A stretch of DNA of 64,000 nt, from contig JBAYWF010000005.1 of the NCBI GenBank assembly GCA_041674205.1, positions 15,865-79,864 on the forward strand, read 5' to 3'. Below the pieces are notes generated by a model. It was not told the origin of the DNA, made no database searches, and was given only the letters and a program-made list of their open reading frames with translations. Positions 1 to 10,162 of the stretch are shown in pieces (within the stretch, counting starts at the first letter, position 1; each line of letters starts with the position of its first letter). The translations under genes and the position numbers were made by a program. Source of the DNA: Parcubacteria group bacterium. Lineage in GTDB: Bacteria > Patescibacteriota > Minisyncoccia > Moranbacterales > UBA2206.

Positions 1-971
1 TATTCAGAATATTCTCGGTTTTTCTTGCTACCATCGCTATATATATCTCATTCCTTATTGCCAAGAACTCGGGATTATCCATAAAAAATTCATTGCTTAT
101 CAGCACGATAATCTCATTTCATCCGAAATTCTCCGATTATCTCACGAATATCAACTATGATGCTTTTATAATTCCTATTTTTTTCTTCTTTACGCTTAAT
201 GGCATACTAGCCCTAAAAAATGGTCCCGGTTGGAAAAATTTATCATTGATGCTATTGTCAGCTATTTTAGCATTTTTAACCAAAGGAACCGGCATCGTCC
301 TATTTGTAGCGTTCATTTTCCTTGTTTTTTATCTTATTTTTGAAAAAATCAAGAATGGAAGCCCGTTGCGCCTTCGCATTTTCTATTTTTTTTCCGCAAT
401 CTGCATCCTATGTCTAGGATTTTTTTCCAAAAAATACCTCCCCCTCCAAAATGGAATGGTAAAAATTTTTGAAACTTTCACTGAGTATATCGATAAAAGC
501 CTCACCCTTGGGAAATTAGCCCTTTCCTCAAGGACTTATTGGGGAAACGTTGGATGGGTGGACAGTTGGCTGCTCTCCCATTTTACGAACATAATTTGGA
601 TTATACAAGTCATTTCAGTTATTGGATTAATCTTATATTTTTTCACAAAAAACACCCCATCGTATCTGCCGAGAAAAAAATATGCCATTTTCTTTCTTGG
701 TATGATTTTCGCCCTTCAGCTGAGCATCCGGGCTTTCGACTGGCGGGTTTATGTCCATGAAGGCATCATATCGCTTGGCACGCCCGGGCGCTATTTCCTG
801 CCAAATCTGGTTTCACACATCATCTTGTTTTATACCGGGTTAGGCATGTTATTTCACAAGATCAAAAAGGAGCATTTTTTTGAATATTCACTGAAACTCG
901 GTGCAATCCTAATGTTTTCCCTATCGATGTATATCATCTTCGACGTGATAATTTATCGCTTTTATCTGTAA
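1..971 (+). CDS. polytopic membrane protein, C-terminal ~320 aa (5' end outside window); GT-C/PMT-like glycosyltransferase candidate
   Basis: Frame-3 reading frame is open from base 3 (the track M at 93 is a TTG with no upstream stop). Many hydrophobic helices. Sits beside glycan genes. Family assignment is inference. Confidence 0.45.
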   Translation, partial: FRIFSVFLATIAIYISFLIAKNSGLSIKNSLLISTIISFHPKFSDYLTNINYDAFIIPIFFFFTLNGILALKNGPGWKNLSLMLLSAILAFLTKGTGIVLFVAFIFLVFYLIFEKIKNGSPLRLRIFYFFSAICILCLGFFSKKYLPLQNGMVKIFETFTEYIDKSLTLGKLALSSRTYWGNVGWVDSWLLSHFTNIIWIIQVISVIGLILYFFTKNTPSYLPRKKYAIFFLGMIFALQLSIRAFDWRVYVHEGIISLGTPGRYFLPNLVSHIILFYTGLGMLFHKIKKEHFFEYSLKLGAILMFSLSMYIIFDVIIYRFYL

Positions 972-1218
972 GAAACCTTACTCAAATTTTATCACGAAAA
1001 AATACTCTAAATTTATGGCCGCCTTTATCACATTTTATCTGTATATTGATAGTGCCTATATGCACCAGCTTAATGCGAGAGGGAACAAATACTGGGAAGA
1101 AATGATTTCATAGTGACATCCGAAGGTTCCATCTTTAAAAAGTTACGTTACCCAACATGCGTTGTAACCGCAGTCTATGATATACTAAAAGAATAGGATA
1201 CAATACTAATCAGCATTT

Positions 1219-1857
1219 ATGCCAAAAATATCCAGTAAAAAAATATTTTTAATCATCGTTTCAATCATCACACTATCCATCGCCTGGCGTTTTTTTGATC
1301 TGTTATCATTCCGCGATTCAAACATTGTCCTGCAAAAAGGACTAACCGTGAAATTGCGGCCCAAAGGAAGTCTCCAGCAAAAATTTGTTGCCAATCGCGA
1401 CGGGCTTACTAAGATTGAAGTCCTGTTACGCAGCCCAGGCATAAAATATGAAAATGGCGACCGGATGGAAATGAAACTTGCCGATGCGAATTGTGAAGAA
1501 AATTTGCGTACAGGCTATCTGGATGATTCATTTTTGAACACGGAAAATCTCTATGAATTCAGCTTCGACAGAATACCGGATTCTCAAGAAAAGGAATTTT
1601 GTTTGACCGCCACCTTTGCCAACAAAAAAGAAAGCGCCAAAAGCATCCAATTTTTCACTATGGGAGATGAAACAGGCCAGCCATTGTCAATCCGTCCAGT
1701 CTACAAAAACGCGCACATCTGGCAAGATTTTTCCGAACTCAACCAACGGATCTCCCAATACAAGCCGTGGTTTCTGAAACATTATTTCCTTGCGGCAATC
1801 GCGATTTCTTTCATTGTCATTTCCATTCTTTCCCTGATCCTTTTGATCCGGTTATAG
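1219..1857 (+). CDS. hypothetical bitopic membrane protein (N- and C-terminal TM helices, soluble middle)
   Basis: ATG at 1219. Hydrophobic N-terminus (IFLIIVSIITLSIAW) and C-terminus (FLAAIAISFIVISILSLILLI). No recognisable family. Confidence 0.4.
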   Translation: MPKISSKKIFLIIVSIITLSIAWRFFDLLSFRDSNIVLQKGLTVKLRPKGSLQQKFVANRDGLTKIEVLLRSPGIKYENGDRMEMKLADANCEENLRTGYLDDSFLNTENLYEFSFDRIPDSQEKEFCLTATFANKKESAKSIQFFTMGDETGQPLSIRPVYKNAHIWQDFSELNQRISQYKPWFLKHYFLAAIAISFIVISILSLILLIRL

Positions 1858-1868
1858 GACTCCGCATT

Positions 1869-1903
1869 AAAAAAGCCATCCCACTTGATGGGATGGCTTT
1901 TTG
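1869..1903. terminator. bidirectional rho-independent terminator between convergent genes
   Basis: Hairpin AGCCATCCCA-cttga-TGGGATGGCT flanked by an A-run upstream and a T-run downstream. Confidence 0.5.
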
Positions 1904-1920
1904 AAATGCTCGGACCGTTG

Positions 1921-2874
1921 TTATTTGACTTTATAATATTCCTTATACCACCCCACGAAATTTTTGATACCTTCTTCAATCCTGGTGGTCGGCTTCCAGC
2001 CGAGTTTCCTGAGCTTGCGGATGTCCGCCACGGTCGCCGGCACGTCGCCCGGTTGCATCGGCAACATTTTCTTCTTGGCTTTCTTGCCCAGGTTCTCTTC
2101 CAGCACTTCAATGTAGCGCATCAGGGTTTCTTCGCGGTCGCCGCCGATGTTCATCACTTCGCATTTGAGATTGGCGTCGATGACGGTGATGGTGCCGGAA
2201 ACGATGTCATCCACGTAGGTGAAATTGCGGCTCATCTTGCCGCGGTTGAAAACGTTGATCGGCGTGCCTTTGGTGATTCCGTCCGCGAAAAGGAAGAGGG
2301 CCATATCCGGCCGGCCCCACGGGCCATAGACGGTGAAATAACGCAATCCCGTCGTGTTCAGGCCGTAGATGTGGCTGTAGACGTGCGCCAGAAGCTCTGT
2401 GGCCTTCTTGGTGGCCGCGTAGGGTGAGATTGGCGTATCAACGCTATCTGATTCGGAAAACGGCTGTTTCTTGTTATTGCCGTAGACTGAAGAAGACGAA
2501 GCGTACACGAAATTCTTGATCTTGTATTTGCGGGACATTTCCAGCAAATTCAGCGTGCCTTTGATGTTCACATCTTCATAACCGAGCGGATCCAACAGCG
2601 AATTCCGCACGCCGGCCAAAGCCGCCAAACTCATCACCTTGTCCAATTTTTCCGTTTTAAAAATCCTCTCCAGAAGTTTGGTATCGCGGATGTCACCCTT
2701 GTACAGCTTGAACTTGTAGCCCTTGAGATATTTCTTGATGCGGTCTTTTTTTAGTTGCGGGTCGTAATAATCGTTGAAATTGTCGATCATCACCACTTGA
2801 TCCCCCCGGTCCATCAATTTTTTGGCCAGATTGGAGCCGATAAACCCCGCCCCGCCCGTAATGAGTATTTTCAT
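1921..2874 (-). CDS. NAD-dependent epimerase/dehydratase (UDP-glucuronate/UDP-glucose 4-epimerase-like SDR)
   Basis: N-terminal MKILITGGAGFIGSNL Rossmann motif. Extended-SDR length (317 aa) and YxxxK-type core. ATG confirmed at 2874. Confidence 0.8.
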   Translation of the reverse strand: MKILITGGAGFIGSNLAKKLMDRGDQVVMIDNFNDYYDPQLKKDRIKKYLKGYKFKLYKGDIRDTKLLERIFKTEKLDKVMSLAALAGVRNSLLDPLGYEDVNIKGTLNLLEMSRKYKIKNFVYASSSSVYGNNKKQPFSESDSVDTPISPYAATKKATELLAHVYSHIYGLNTTGLRYFTVYGPWGRPDMALFLFADGITKGTPINVFNRGKMSRNFTYVDDIVSGTITVIDANLKCEVMNIGGDREETLMRYIEVLEENLGKKAKKKMLPMQPGDVPATVADIRKLRKLGWKPTTRIEEGIKNFVGWYKEYYKVK

Positions 2875-2918
2875 ACCGTTTATTTAAATTATTTGATTAT
2901 CCGATCGGCTTTTCCAGC

Positions 2919-4364
2919 CTAATTTTTCATTTGGAATTTCAAGTCGCCTTTCAAGACGCTTTCCTGGTTGAATTCTCCTTCCTTGGTTTTTATGTGGATC
3001 TTCACCGGCAAATCCCCCACTCCTGATTGTTTCTGGATCAATAATCTATATTCATCCGCGCTGAAATTGACCGGCAATTCATATTTTATCATCGCATCGG
3101 TTTCTCCGCCAATCAGCGTGTGCAGCATAAACCCGAAAGCGGTCTTGCCGAATTCATCGACAGTGCCGCCAATCGGCGAAACCATCTTGTTTTCCAAAAG
3201 CTTCGCTCCGGCCGGAACATATACCCGCAGATACGAATGGTAGTCGCTGGTCCGCCAATCCCCATAGGGCGCGGTGTTTTTATAGAGGATTTTGAGCGTC
3301 GCCACCGGTTTTTCCCCGGTCAAATCCAAGTCATAGGCCATCGAGCGGCGCATATAGTAGTCGGTTTTGAGCGCGCCCATATTGGCATCGACCATCATCA
3401 GATAGTCGCCCTGCCAATCCGCGGAAACTTTTCCGTCCCAATACACGCTTTCGACCAAACTTTGCAGTTCCGGGTCGGAAAAATTCAGCATAATATTCTT
3501 GTTTTTCAATTCATTATGGAAAAATTTCGCCAGCTTTGCCAGATCGCCGGCATTGGATAACTTTTCAATGATCACCGGTGCTAATTTTTTCATAATCCAT
3601 TTTCTGTTTTGCGTATCAAGGTTCTCGTCCAGCAGATATTGCTTCTCGACGATTTCTTCCAATTTCAAAGCAGCATTCGAACTGTCGAAAACGACCGAGC
3701 TGCCCGGAGCTGAAACCGGCCCCGTGATTTCCAAGATATCGTTGAACACCTGCGAGTTCACCGCGACCACTCCGTCAAACTTGCTTTGGCTGCCCGCCAG
3801 ACGCAGGAAATATTCCGCCTTATCCACATTGGTCGGAAAATCCGGAGAAAAATTGGAATCCCTGAATTTCCACTTTTTGAGCTGCATCATCCGTTGTAAC
3901 GCGTAGGGCGGGGTTATTTTAGCGGAAATTTTCTGATCCAACAGGTTGGCGTCTTCCACGAAAACCGAAACAGCCTCCCCATTTTTTATTTTTATGATCG
4001 CATATTGCCCCAAAAATCCGCCTCCCGGACGGAGCTCCATATTGTTTTGCAACAATACCAAAAAATTCCTGGTTACCCCGTCGCTTTTAGTGATGTCTTG
4101 GACCAGCCGGTTGACCACGTCCAATTCCTTTTTTTCATCCGCCGGAATCGGCAATAGGTTTGAAATCTTGCTGGCGACATTGAGCGCTTCGATGACCACC
4201 AGCTGCTTGTTTTTGATTACGAACCAATAGGCGGAAAAGGCGCCTAAAATAAAAAAGGCTGCCCAAGCGATTATGATAACATTCTTTTTGGTAAAAAATT
4301 TCTTGAGTCCCGCTTTGCCCCCGGCGATCCGCCCGCTACCCGATCCCCTTCCGTTTAAAAACAT
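2919..4364 (-). CDS. membrane-anchored extracytoplasmic protein, DUF4012-like (uncertain)
   Basis: Single N-terminal TM helix (IIIAWAAFFILGAFSAYWFVI) followed by a ~430 aa soluble domain. Such proteins are common in cell-envelope polysaccharide loci. DUF4012 assignment is from memory, not a search. Confidence 0.45.
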   Translation of the reverse strand: MFLNGRGSGSGRIAGGKAGLKKFFTKKNVIIIAWAAFFILGAFSAYWFVIKNKQLVVIEALNVASKISNLLPIPADEKKELDVVNRLVQDITKSDGVTRNFLVLLQNNMELRPGGGFLGQYAIIKIKNGEAVSVFVEDANLLDQKISAKITPPYALQRMMQLKKWKFRDSNFSPDFPTNVDKAEYFLRLAGSQSKFDGVVAVNSQVFNDILEITGPVSAPGSSVVFDSSNAALKLEEIVEKQYLLDENLDTQNRKWIMKKLAPVIIEKLSNAGDLAKLAKFFHNELKNKNIMLNFSDPELQSLVESVYWDGKVSADWQGDYLMMVDANMGALKTDYYMRRSMAYDLDLTGEKPVATLKILYKNTAPYGDWRTSDYHSYLRVYVPAGAKLLENKMVSPIGGTVDEFGKTAFGFMLHTLIGGETDAMIKYELPVNFSADEYRLLIQKQSGVGDLPVKIHIKTKEGEFNQESVLKGDLKFQMKN

Positions 4365-4465
4365 AATGCGTCTTCTTTTAATTAATTATTTTTTAATATC
4401 CATCAGAATTCTATCCCATTTCAGCCGGTTTGGCAAAATATCCCTTTGTCTATATAATTGAAACA

Positions 4466-6268
4466 ATGCAATTAAGGATACCCGCGGTCAATTTGGATAG
4501 AACCCAGCTTTTCACAATCTTTGTGCTTTTTTGGATTGGCTTAGGCTGGCTCGGCCTGGCTTTGTCGCTCCTGGGAATTTTTTATAACCTATTCTTAGCC
4601 GCTTACATATTTCTCGGCGGAATCGGCCTCGTCTACCTGATCGCTTTCAACCAGACTAGGATCGGAATCAACCACCGTTTTTTTCTGGTTTTTTTCCTGT
4701 CACTCCTGAGCATCTTTATTCTTTCCTATTACACCGTCCCGACCATTTTTTCCGGACGCGACCAAGGGACACTCAGCGAATCAGCTATCCAGCTGGCGCA
4801 AAACCACCGCCTGACTTTTTCTTTCCCGGCTGAAAAAGAATTTTTCCAAATCTACGGCCCGGGGCCGGCTTTGAATTTCCCCGGCTTCAACTACACGCCT
4901 AAAGGCGAACTGATGACCCAATTCCCCTTGGGCTATGTTTCCTGGCTGGCGGTTTTTTATTCCTTGGCCGGCCTCAACGGCTTCGTGATCGCCAATAGCG
5001 TGACTTTCCTGATTTTCATTTTTTCTTTCTATCTGGTCGCCCGCTATTATCTGCGCGCCCGATCCGCCCTTGCTGCCCTTTTTCTGGTCCTGACCTCTTT
5101 CATTTTTTCCTGGTTTTTCAAATTCACGCTCAGCGAGAACCTGGCGCTGATGCTCACTTGGTTCGGACTGTACGAATTCGTCCTGTTCACCCACAGTAAA
5201 AAACGTTTCTATTTGCTCGCCTCCATCACATCCTTCTCCATTTTGATCTTCACCCGCGTGGAAGCCCTGGGCTTCCTAGCGATCATCATCGCCATACTGC
5301 TCGTCAAATACAAGGATTGGAAATATCTGCTCTTCGTGGTCATCGGCAAAAAACTCCTCTTGCTGTTCGGCACTTTCATATTGCTCTATTTTTTCAACCT
5401 GGTACTGGACACCCAATCGTATATGCTGATGCTCAAAGGGATCCTCAGTCCTTTCATTTCACTGGGCTCCGGCCTTAAGGATTATTCTTTGCCCGCCTCG
5501 GTCTCAATCCTGGAAACGACCGCCTATGTCATCAAAGTCCTTTTCGCGTACGCTATTTTCAATTTCATCCTGTTCGGAATCATCGGCTTTATCTATCTCC
5601 TGAAACACCGCCGGTTTGAAATCATCGCCCCCTTCCTCATCATCCTGCCGACTTTCATCTATCTCATCCATCCGAGCATTTCCAGCGACCACCCGTGGAT
5701 GCTGCGCCGCTTCGTTTTCTCGATCGTTCCCATCAGCATCCTCTATACGGTCTGGTTCTTAGACTGGTTCTTAAAAAAAAGGGTTTATTTTTATGTCTTC
5801 ATCTTCCTGATGCTAGCAACCAATCTGATGGTTTTCATTCCCTACCTGACCATCTCGCCCAACAAAAATCTTCTGCCGCAAATCAAAGAAATCAGCGGCA
5901 ATTTCAAAGCCTCCGATTTGATCCTGATCGACCGGGACGCTACCGGCGACGGCTGGTCGATGATGACCGGACCGCTTAATTTCCTCTACGGCAAACAGGC
6001 TGTCTATTTTTTCAACCCCAAGGATTTGGATAAACTGGATTACAAGAGGTTCAGTTCGGTTTATTTCATAATCCCGGATGACAAATTGGATTTTTACAGG
6101 TCCAGCGGCCTGCTCAAAAGGCTCTCCGCCGTCAAAAATTATGAAATCAAAACGGATATGCTCGACATCGTGACCGGAGAAAAGCAGGAAATGTATGGCG
6201 CCGCGATCAGGCTTCCGGAAAACAAAAATATCACCGTCCATGGTAAAATATATCTGTTGAGGGAATAA
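4466..6268 (+). CDS. large polytopic membrane protein with C-terminal soluble domain; GT-C-fold glycosyltransferase candidate
   Basis: At least 12 predicted TM helices, then a ~150 aa hydrophilic tail. Track start 4430 is TTG; the first ATG is 4466, with TATAAT 8 nt upstream. Family is inference. Confidence 0.5.
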   Translation: MQLRIPAVNLDRTQLFTIFVLFWIGLGWLGLALSLLGIFYNLFLAAYIFLGGIGLVYLIAFNQTRIGINHRFFLVFFLSLLSIFILSYYTVPTIFSGRDQGTLSESAIQLAQNHRLTFSFPAEKEFFQIYGPGPALNFPGFNYTPKGELMTQFPLGYVSWLAVFYSLAGLNGFVIANSVTFLIFIFSFYLVARYYLRARSALAALFLVLTSFIFSWFFKFTLSENLALMLTWFGLYEFVLFTHSKKRFYLLASITSFSILIFTRVEALGFLAIIIAILLVKYKDWKYLLFVVIGKKLLLLFGTFILLYFFNLVLDTQSYMLMLKGILSPFISLGSGLKDYSLPASVSILETTAYVIKVLFAYAIFNFILFGIIGFIYLLKHRRFEIIAPFLIILPTFIYLIHPSISSDHPWMLRRFVFSIVPISILYTVWFLDWFLKKRVYFYVFIFLMLATNLMVFIPYLTISPNKNLLPQIKEISGNFKASDLILIDRDATGDGWSMMTGPLNFLYGKQAVYFFNPKDLDKLDYKRFSSVYFIIPDDKLDFYRSSGLLKRLSAVKNYEIKTDMLDIVTGEKQEMYGAAIRLPENKNITVHGKIYLLRE

Positions 6269-6301
6269 TTTTTTAATCCCAGGACTTACGCATTTGCCGG
6301 G

Positions 6302-7699
6302 TTGGCGGATATCGCAAAATCAAACAAGTACGTAAGCTATGGATTTATCAAAAAAATGTGGTTCGATTTGACCAAAGATGTCCCGCTCGCGGAAAAAGAT
6401 TACGCGCGCTACAAAAAATTCCAAACCGCCTTATACGCGCTGGCTTTCTTGCTGGCCGCCATTATGGCCGTCCGCGTGATTTTTGACGCACAGAATTTCA
6501 CTTTCTCTTTCACCAATCCGGACTCATCTAAAAACAGCATGGCCGTCCCGCGTTATCAAGGCGTCGATTCCCCCGTTGAGAACGGCCGCATTTCCGCCGG
6601 ACGCGACGTCTATTTCGATATGGCCGCGACAGGGACTTTTTCCAAGGCCGTCATCGAATTTCCGCAAGGCCAAGATTCATCCGGACCGGATTCCGGTTCG
6701 ATTATCGTCAAAAAATCATACCAGGCCTTCCTCTATCCGGAAGGCGATCCGATCGGATTCAAAGACGGATCGCTTCTTAAAAATAATGGCAACTATTATC
6801 TGGTTTCCCAGGGCACGCTCCGCCGGTTCGACGCTGATGCCGTCCCGGCTCTCGGCTACGCGCCCGATGCGTTCGTCGAAATCGCACCGGAAGAATTACG
6901 GTTCAATCCGGCCGGCCAACTGATCAAAGGCGATGAGGGCTATCCTGACGGCTCTCTCTTCAAAATCGACAGCGACTACTATTTACTAGAAGACGCCCGA
7001 TTGAAAAAATTCTCCAGCGAACAAGCTTTCCTCAGCCAATATGGACCGCGGCAAGCGCTGGAAAAAAACGCGGATATCTTTTCCAAATATCCATTATCCG
7101 AAATCCCTATCGGCTTCAGCGACGGCTCGCTCATCTCCTATGGCGAATCCGTCTATGTCGTCAGTGACAACAAGATCCTGCCGATCAACAATCCCGTGAC
7201 TTTCCTTGAGAAAGGTTTCGCCTGGGAGGATGTGATCGCTGCCAGCGCCGATGAAATCGCGCTCTATGAAAAAACCAAACTTTTCACGATCAAAAGCGTC
7301 CACCCGAACGGAACGATTTTCGCCAATATCGAAAACGCCGACCACTATATGGTCAAGGATTCCGAAAAGCATCTTCTGCCATCCCGGAATATCGTCGATT
7401 CCTGGTTGCACCATTCCTCGATTCCGGTTTCAGAAAAAAGTTTGGAAGCTGCCAGCCAGTGCGAAATCAAACAAGGTTTCTTCGGATCGTATTCCTGCGA
7501 AATTCCGATCGCAAGCCTCCAGCAATTGGCCGGCACCAACTACGAATTCATTATGAAATTGGACGATAGCACGAAAATCGATTATCTGAACGTTTCCTTC
7601 AAGAAAGACATAAGCCGGACCAACCTGGTCGCATTCCTACGCGATATCTATAATAAAATAAAAAACCGCTATGTTTCACAAGCTCCTCCGACGCTTTAA
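6302..7699 (+). CDS. anchored/secreted protein with three internal ~45-aa repeats (DGSL..YY..S....RRF motif)
   Basis: N-terminal TM/signal helix (YALAFLLAAIMAVRVIF). Repeats begin GFKDGSLLKNNGNYYLVSQGTLRRF, YPDGSLFKIDSDYYLLEDARLKKF and GFSDGSLISYGESVYVVSDNKIL. Start is TTG 6302 or ATG 6356. Confidence 0.5.
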   Translation: MADIAKSNKYVSYGFIKKMWFDLTKDVPLAEKDYARYKKFQTALYALAFLLAAIMAVRVIFDAQNFTFSFTNPDSSKNSMAVPRYQGVDSPVENGRISAGRDVYFDMAATGTFSKAVIEFPQGQDSSGPDSGSIIVKKSYQAFLYPEGDPIGFKDGSLLKNNGNYYLVSQGTLRRFDADAVPALGYAPDAFVEIAPEELRFNPAGQLIKGDEGYPDGSLFKIDSDYYLLEDARLKKFSSEQAFLSQYGPRQALEKNADIFSKYPLSEIPIGFSDGSLISYGESVYVVSDNKILPINNPVTFLEKGFAWEDVIAASADEIALYEKTKLFTIKSVHPNGTIFANIENADHYMVKDSEKHLLPSRNIVDSWLHHSSIPVSEKSLEAASQCEIKQGFFGSYSCEIPIASLQQLAGTNYEFIMKLDDSTKIDYLNVSFKKDISRTNLVAFLRDIYNKIKNRYVSQAPPTL

Positions 7700-8063
7700 G
7701 CCGGAAAATACCATCCTAATCTACAAGCTGCTCAACGATTTGTTGTTGCTATGGCTAGCTCTTTTCGTTTTTTCCCTGGTCGCTGAAGGCTTGATTCCGG
7801 GCATAGTCTCGCAGCACCTGGAACTCTACAAAATAGCGCTCGCTATGCTTATAAATGTCGTATTGATCCGCGAGATGCGCAAGGAAGCGCGGATCGGAAG
7901 CGCATCCGCCACCGACAAAAAAATAGCTTGGCCGCTATTTTCCATCTTCCTTTTATTGCTTTTCAACAGTATGCTCAAATTGGATATCTATTTGAATCTC
8001 TTCATCTTAGCCGCGGTTTCAACGACCGGCTATCTCATTTTCAAAACGTTCCAAGATGAATAG
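7671..8063 (+). CDS. small membrane protein (3 TM helices predicted)
   Basis: ATG at 7671 overlaps the end of the upstream ORF by 29 nt. Hydrophobic segments only, no family. Confidence 0.35.
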   Translation: MFHKLLRRFKPENTILIYKLLNDLLLLWLALFVFSLVAEGLIPGIVSQHLELYKIALAMLINVVLIREMRKEARIGSASATDKKIAWPLFSIFLLLLFNSMLKLDIYLNLFILAAVSTTGYLIFKTFQDE

Positions 8064-8065
8064 CG

Positions 8066-9199
8066 TCAATTTTTCAAATAGTCTAAAGTCTCCGCGGCGC
8101 ATTTTTCCCAGGAGAATTTTTTTATCTGCTCCGTGCCCTTGGCGATCAGCTTAGCGCGCAATTCCCCATTTTCCAAAACGCGTTTGATTTTTTGCGCCAG
8201 ATCTTCGTGGCTGGCAGCTTCGAAATACAGACAAGCTTCGCCGCCGACTTCCGGCAAACTGGAATTGTCCGCGCAGATGACCGGCACCTTGGCCGCCATC
8301 GCCTCCAGGACCGGAATGCCGAAACCTTCATAGAGCGACGGGAATACGAATACCCCCGCCCCGCGGAAAAGATGCCCCACATCCTCAAATTTGAGCCTAC
8401 CGGGCATTTTGATATCGCCGGCAAACCGGCTTTGCCGGGCCATTTTGACCGTTCCTTCGCTCAACCAGGCCTTTTCCCCGACAATAACCAACTCTAAGCT
8501 TTCCAAAAAGCCATCTGCCTTCACCGCCCGACTTTTCAACGATTCGAAAGCCCTGATCAGGGTATCGAGATTTTTGCGCGGCTGGATGGCGCCGATATAG
8601 ATGATGTAGTTTCCCGCAATGCCCAATTTATTTTTGATTTCCGCTTCACGCGCCGCATCGCGCGCCCGGTCGAAAACATCCGGACTGAATCCGTGATGGA
8701 TGACTTTGACCTTCTCCGCTTTTATTTCCGGATATAATTTCAAAATGTCTTTCTTGGTCGCTTCGGAAATCGCGATTATCTTGTCGGCGGCCCGGATCGA
8801 ATAGTCGGCGAAAAAATTCAGCTTGCGCAAATCATTAGCAGGAAAATGTTGCGGAAAATATTTGAAAGCCAGATCGTGGATGGTAATTACGGTTTTCATT
8901 TTTTTCCGGCGGATCACCGGCAAGGCCGACATCGGCATCCATAGGACATCCGGAACGTTCCGCCATAATTCATAGGCCAGGCGCGTCTGGGTCCACAAAA
9001 ACGGAAATGGCTTGCGGATGACCGCATAGTTCGCAAAGACTGGCGGAGCCAGTTCGGGATTGAACCTATTCCTATGGTAGAGCCTGAAGTCGCTGTCGCT
9101 GTCCAACCGGCCGAAATTTTTCAACAGATTGGAGATATAGACCCGGGTCCCATCTATGCGCTTATGGTCGAGATCGGCGGCTTGGATGGCGATTTTCAT
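8066..9199 (-). CDS. glycosyltransferase family 4 (GT-B, group 1)
   Basis: C-terminal motif GFGIPVLEAMAAKVPVICADNSSLPEV matches the GT4 E-x7-E donor-binding region. ATG confirmed. Confidence 0.85.
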   Translation of the reverse strand: MKIAIQAADLDHKRIDGTRVYISNLLKNFGRLDSDSDFRLYHRNRFNPELAPPVFANYAVIRKPFPFLWTQTRLAYELWRNVPDVLWMPMSALPVIRRKKMKTVITIHDLAFKYFPQHFPANDLRKLNFFADYSIRAADKIIAISEATKKDILKLYPEIKAEKVKVIHHGFSPDVFDRARDAAREAEIKNKLGIAGNYIIYIGAIQPRKNLDTLIRAFESLKSRAVKADGFLESLELVIVGEKAWLSEGTVKMARQSRFAGDIKMPGRLKFEDVGHLFRGAGVFVFPSLYEGFGIPVLEAMAAKVPVICADNSSLPEVGGEACLYFEAASHEDLAQKIKRVLENGELRAKLIAKGTEQIKKFSWEKCAAETLDYLKN

Positions 9200-9262
9200 A
9201 TCCTCTGCGAATTAAGAATAAATACCGGCAAGCAAGCGAATTCACGGATCGCTACGGAAATT

Positions 9263-10132
9263 TTATTTATTTTGAGAATTGATAAACTCCATCAGGTCGT
9301 ATTTGATATCCTCCCGATCCATCGCGTAGGCGAAAGTGGCCTTCAAATAATTCAACGGATCGCCGGTCGTCATCCATTCCCCGTCTTTCACTTCCTTGGC
9401 CGTAACCTTCCCGCCCCTTTCGACGTATGTCTTGATCGCGTCCGCTATCCATAATTCGTTTCCTTTCCCTAGCGGAGTATCTTTCAGTATGTCGATTATT
9501 TCCTGGTTCAATATATATCTGCCGAACACGGCCAACTGGGACGGAGCGCTTTCGATGCTTGGTTTTTCTACGATATCCTCCAATTGGCTCGTTTCTTTGT
9601 TCAATTTGACGACTCCATAGCGCACGACGTCTTTTTTGGGAACCTCTTGCACGCCGATCATCAGGTTGCCGTTTTTTTCATAATCCTCCACCATCTGTTT
9701 GGTGAATGAAACTTCCGACTTGACCAAATCATCGCCGAAGACGAAGACGAACGGCTCATCGTCCACCAGGCTGGCCGCCGATAAAACCGGCGTTCCGTTG
9801 CCATAGGGACCCTTCTGGCGCACATACACGAAATTCGCCATATCGGCGATTTTTTCAATTTTATCCGCCAAGCTATCCTTTCCATTTTTGCGGAGATCGG
9901 TTTCCAAAGCGATGCTATGGTCAAAATAATCCTCCAGCGGCTTCTTATCCCAGCGGGTGACGAAAATGATATCCTCAATCCCGGCCGCGACCAATTCCTC
10001 CACCACGAGATGGATAATCGGAGTATCCACGATCGGCAACATTTCTTTCGGCATCGATTTGGTGGCTGGCAATAGCCTGGTTCCTGAACCGGCAACGGCG
10101 ATGATAGCCTTCTTAATTTTTCTTGTCGTCAT
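9263..10132 (-). CDS. galU: UTP-glucose-1-phosphate uridylyltransferase
   Basis: KAIIAVAGSGTRLLPATKSMPKEMLPIVDTP matches the GalU nucleotide-binding signature. Length is 289 aa. Confidence 0.9.
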   Translation of the reverse strand: MTTRKIKKAIIAVAGSGTRLLPATKSMPKEMLPIVDTPIIHLVVEELVAAGIEDIIFVTRWDKKPLEDYFDHSIALETDLRKNGKDSLADKIEKIADMANFVYVRQKGPYGNGTPVLSAASLVDDEPFVFVFGDDLVKSEVSFTKQMVEDYEKNGNLMIGVQEVPKKDVVRYGVVKLNKETSQLEDIVEKPSIESAPSQLAVFGRYILNQEIIDILKDTPLGKGNELWIADAIKTYVERGGKVTAKEVKDGEWMTTGDPLNYLKATFAYAMDREDIKYDLMEFINSQNK

Positions 10133-10162
10133 AATTTTATCTTGAATGATGTTAAAAAATTA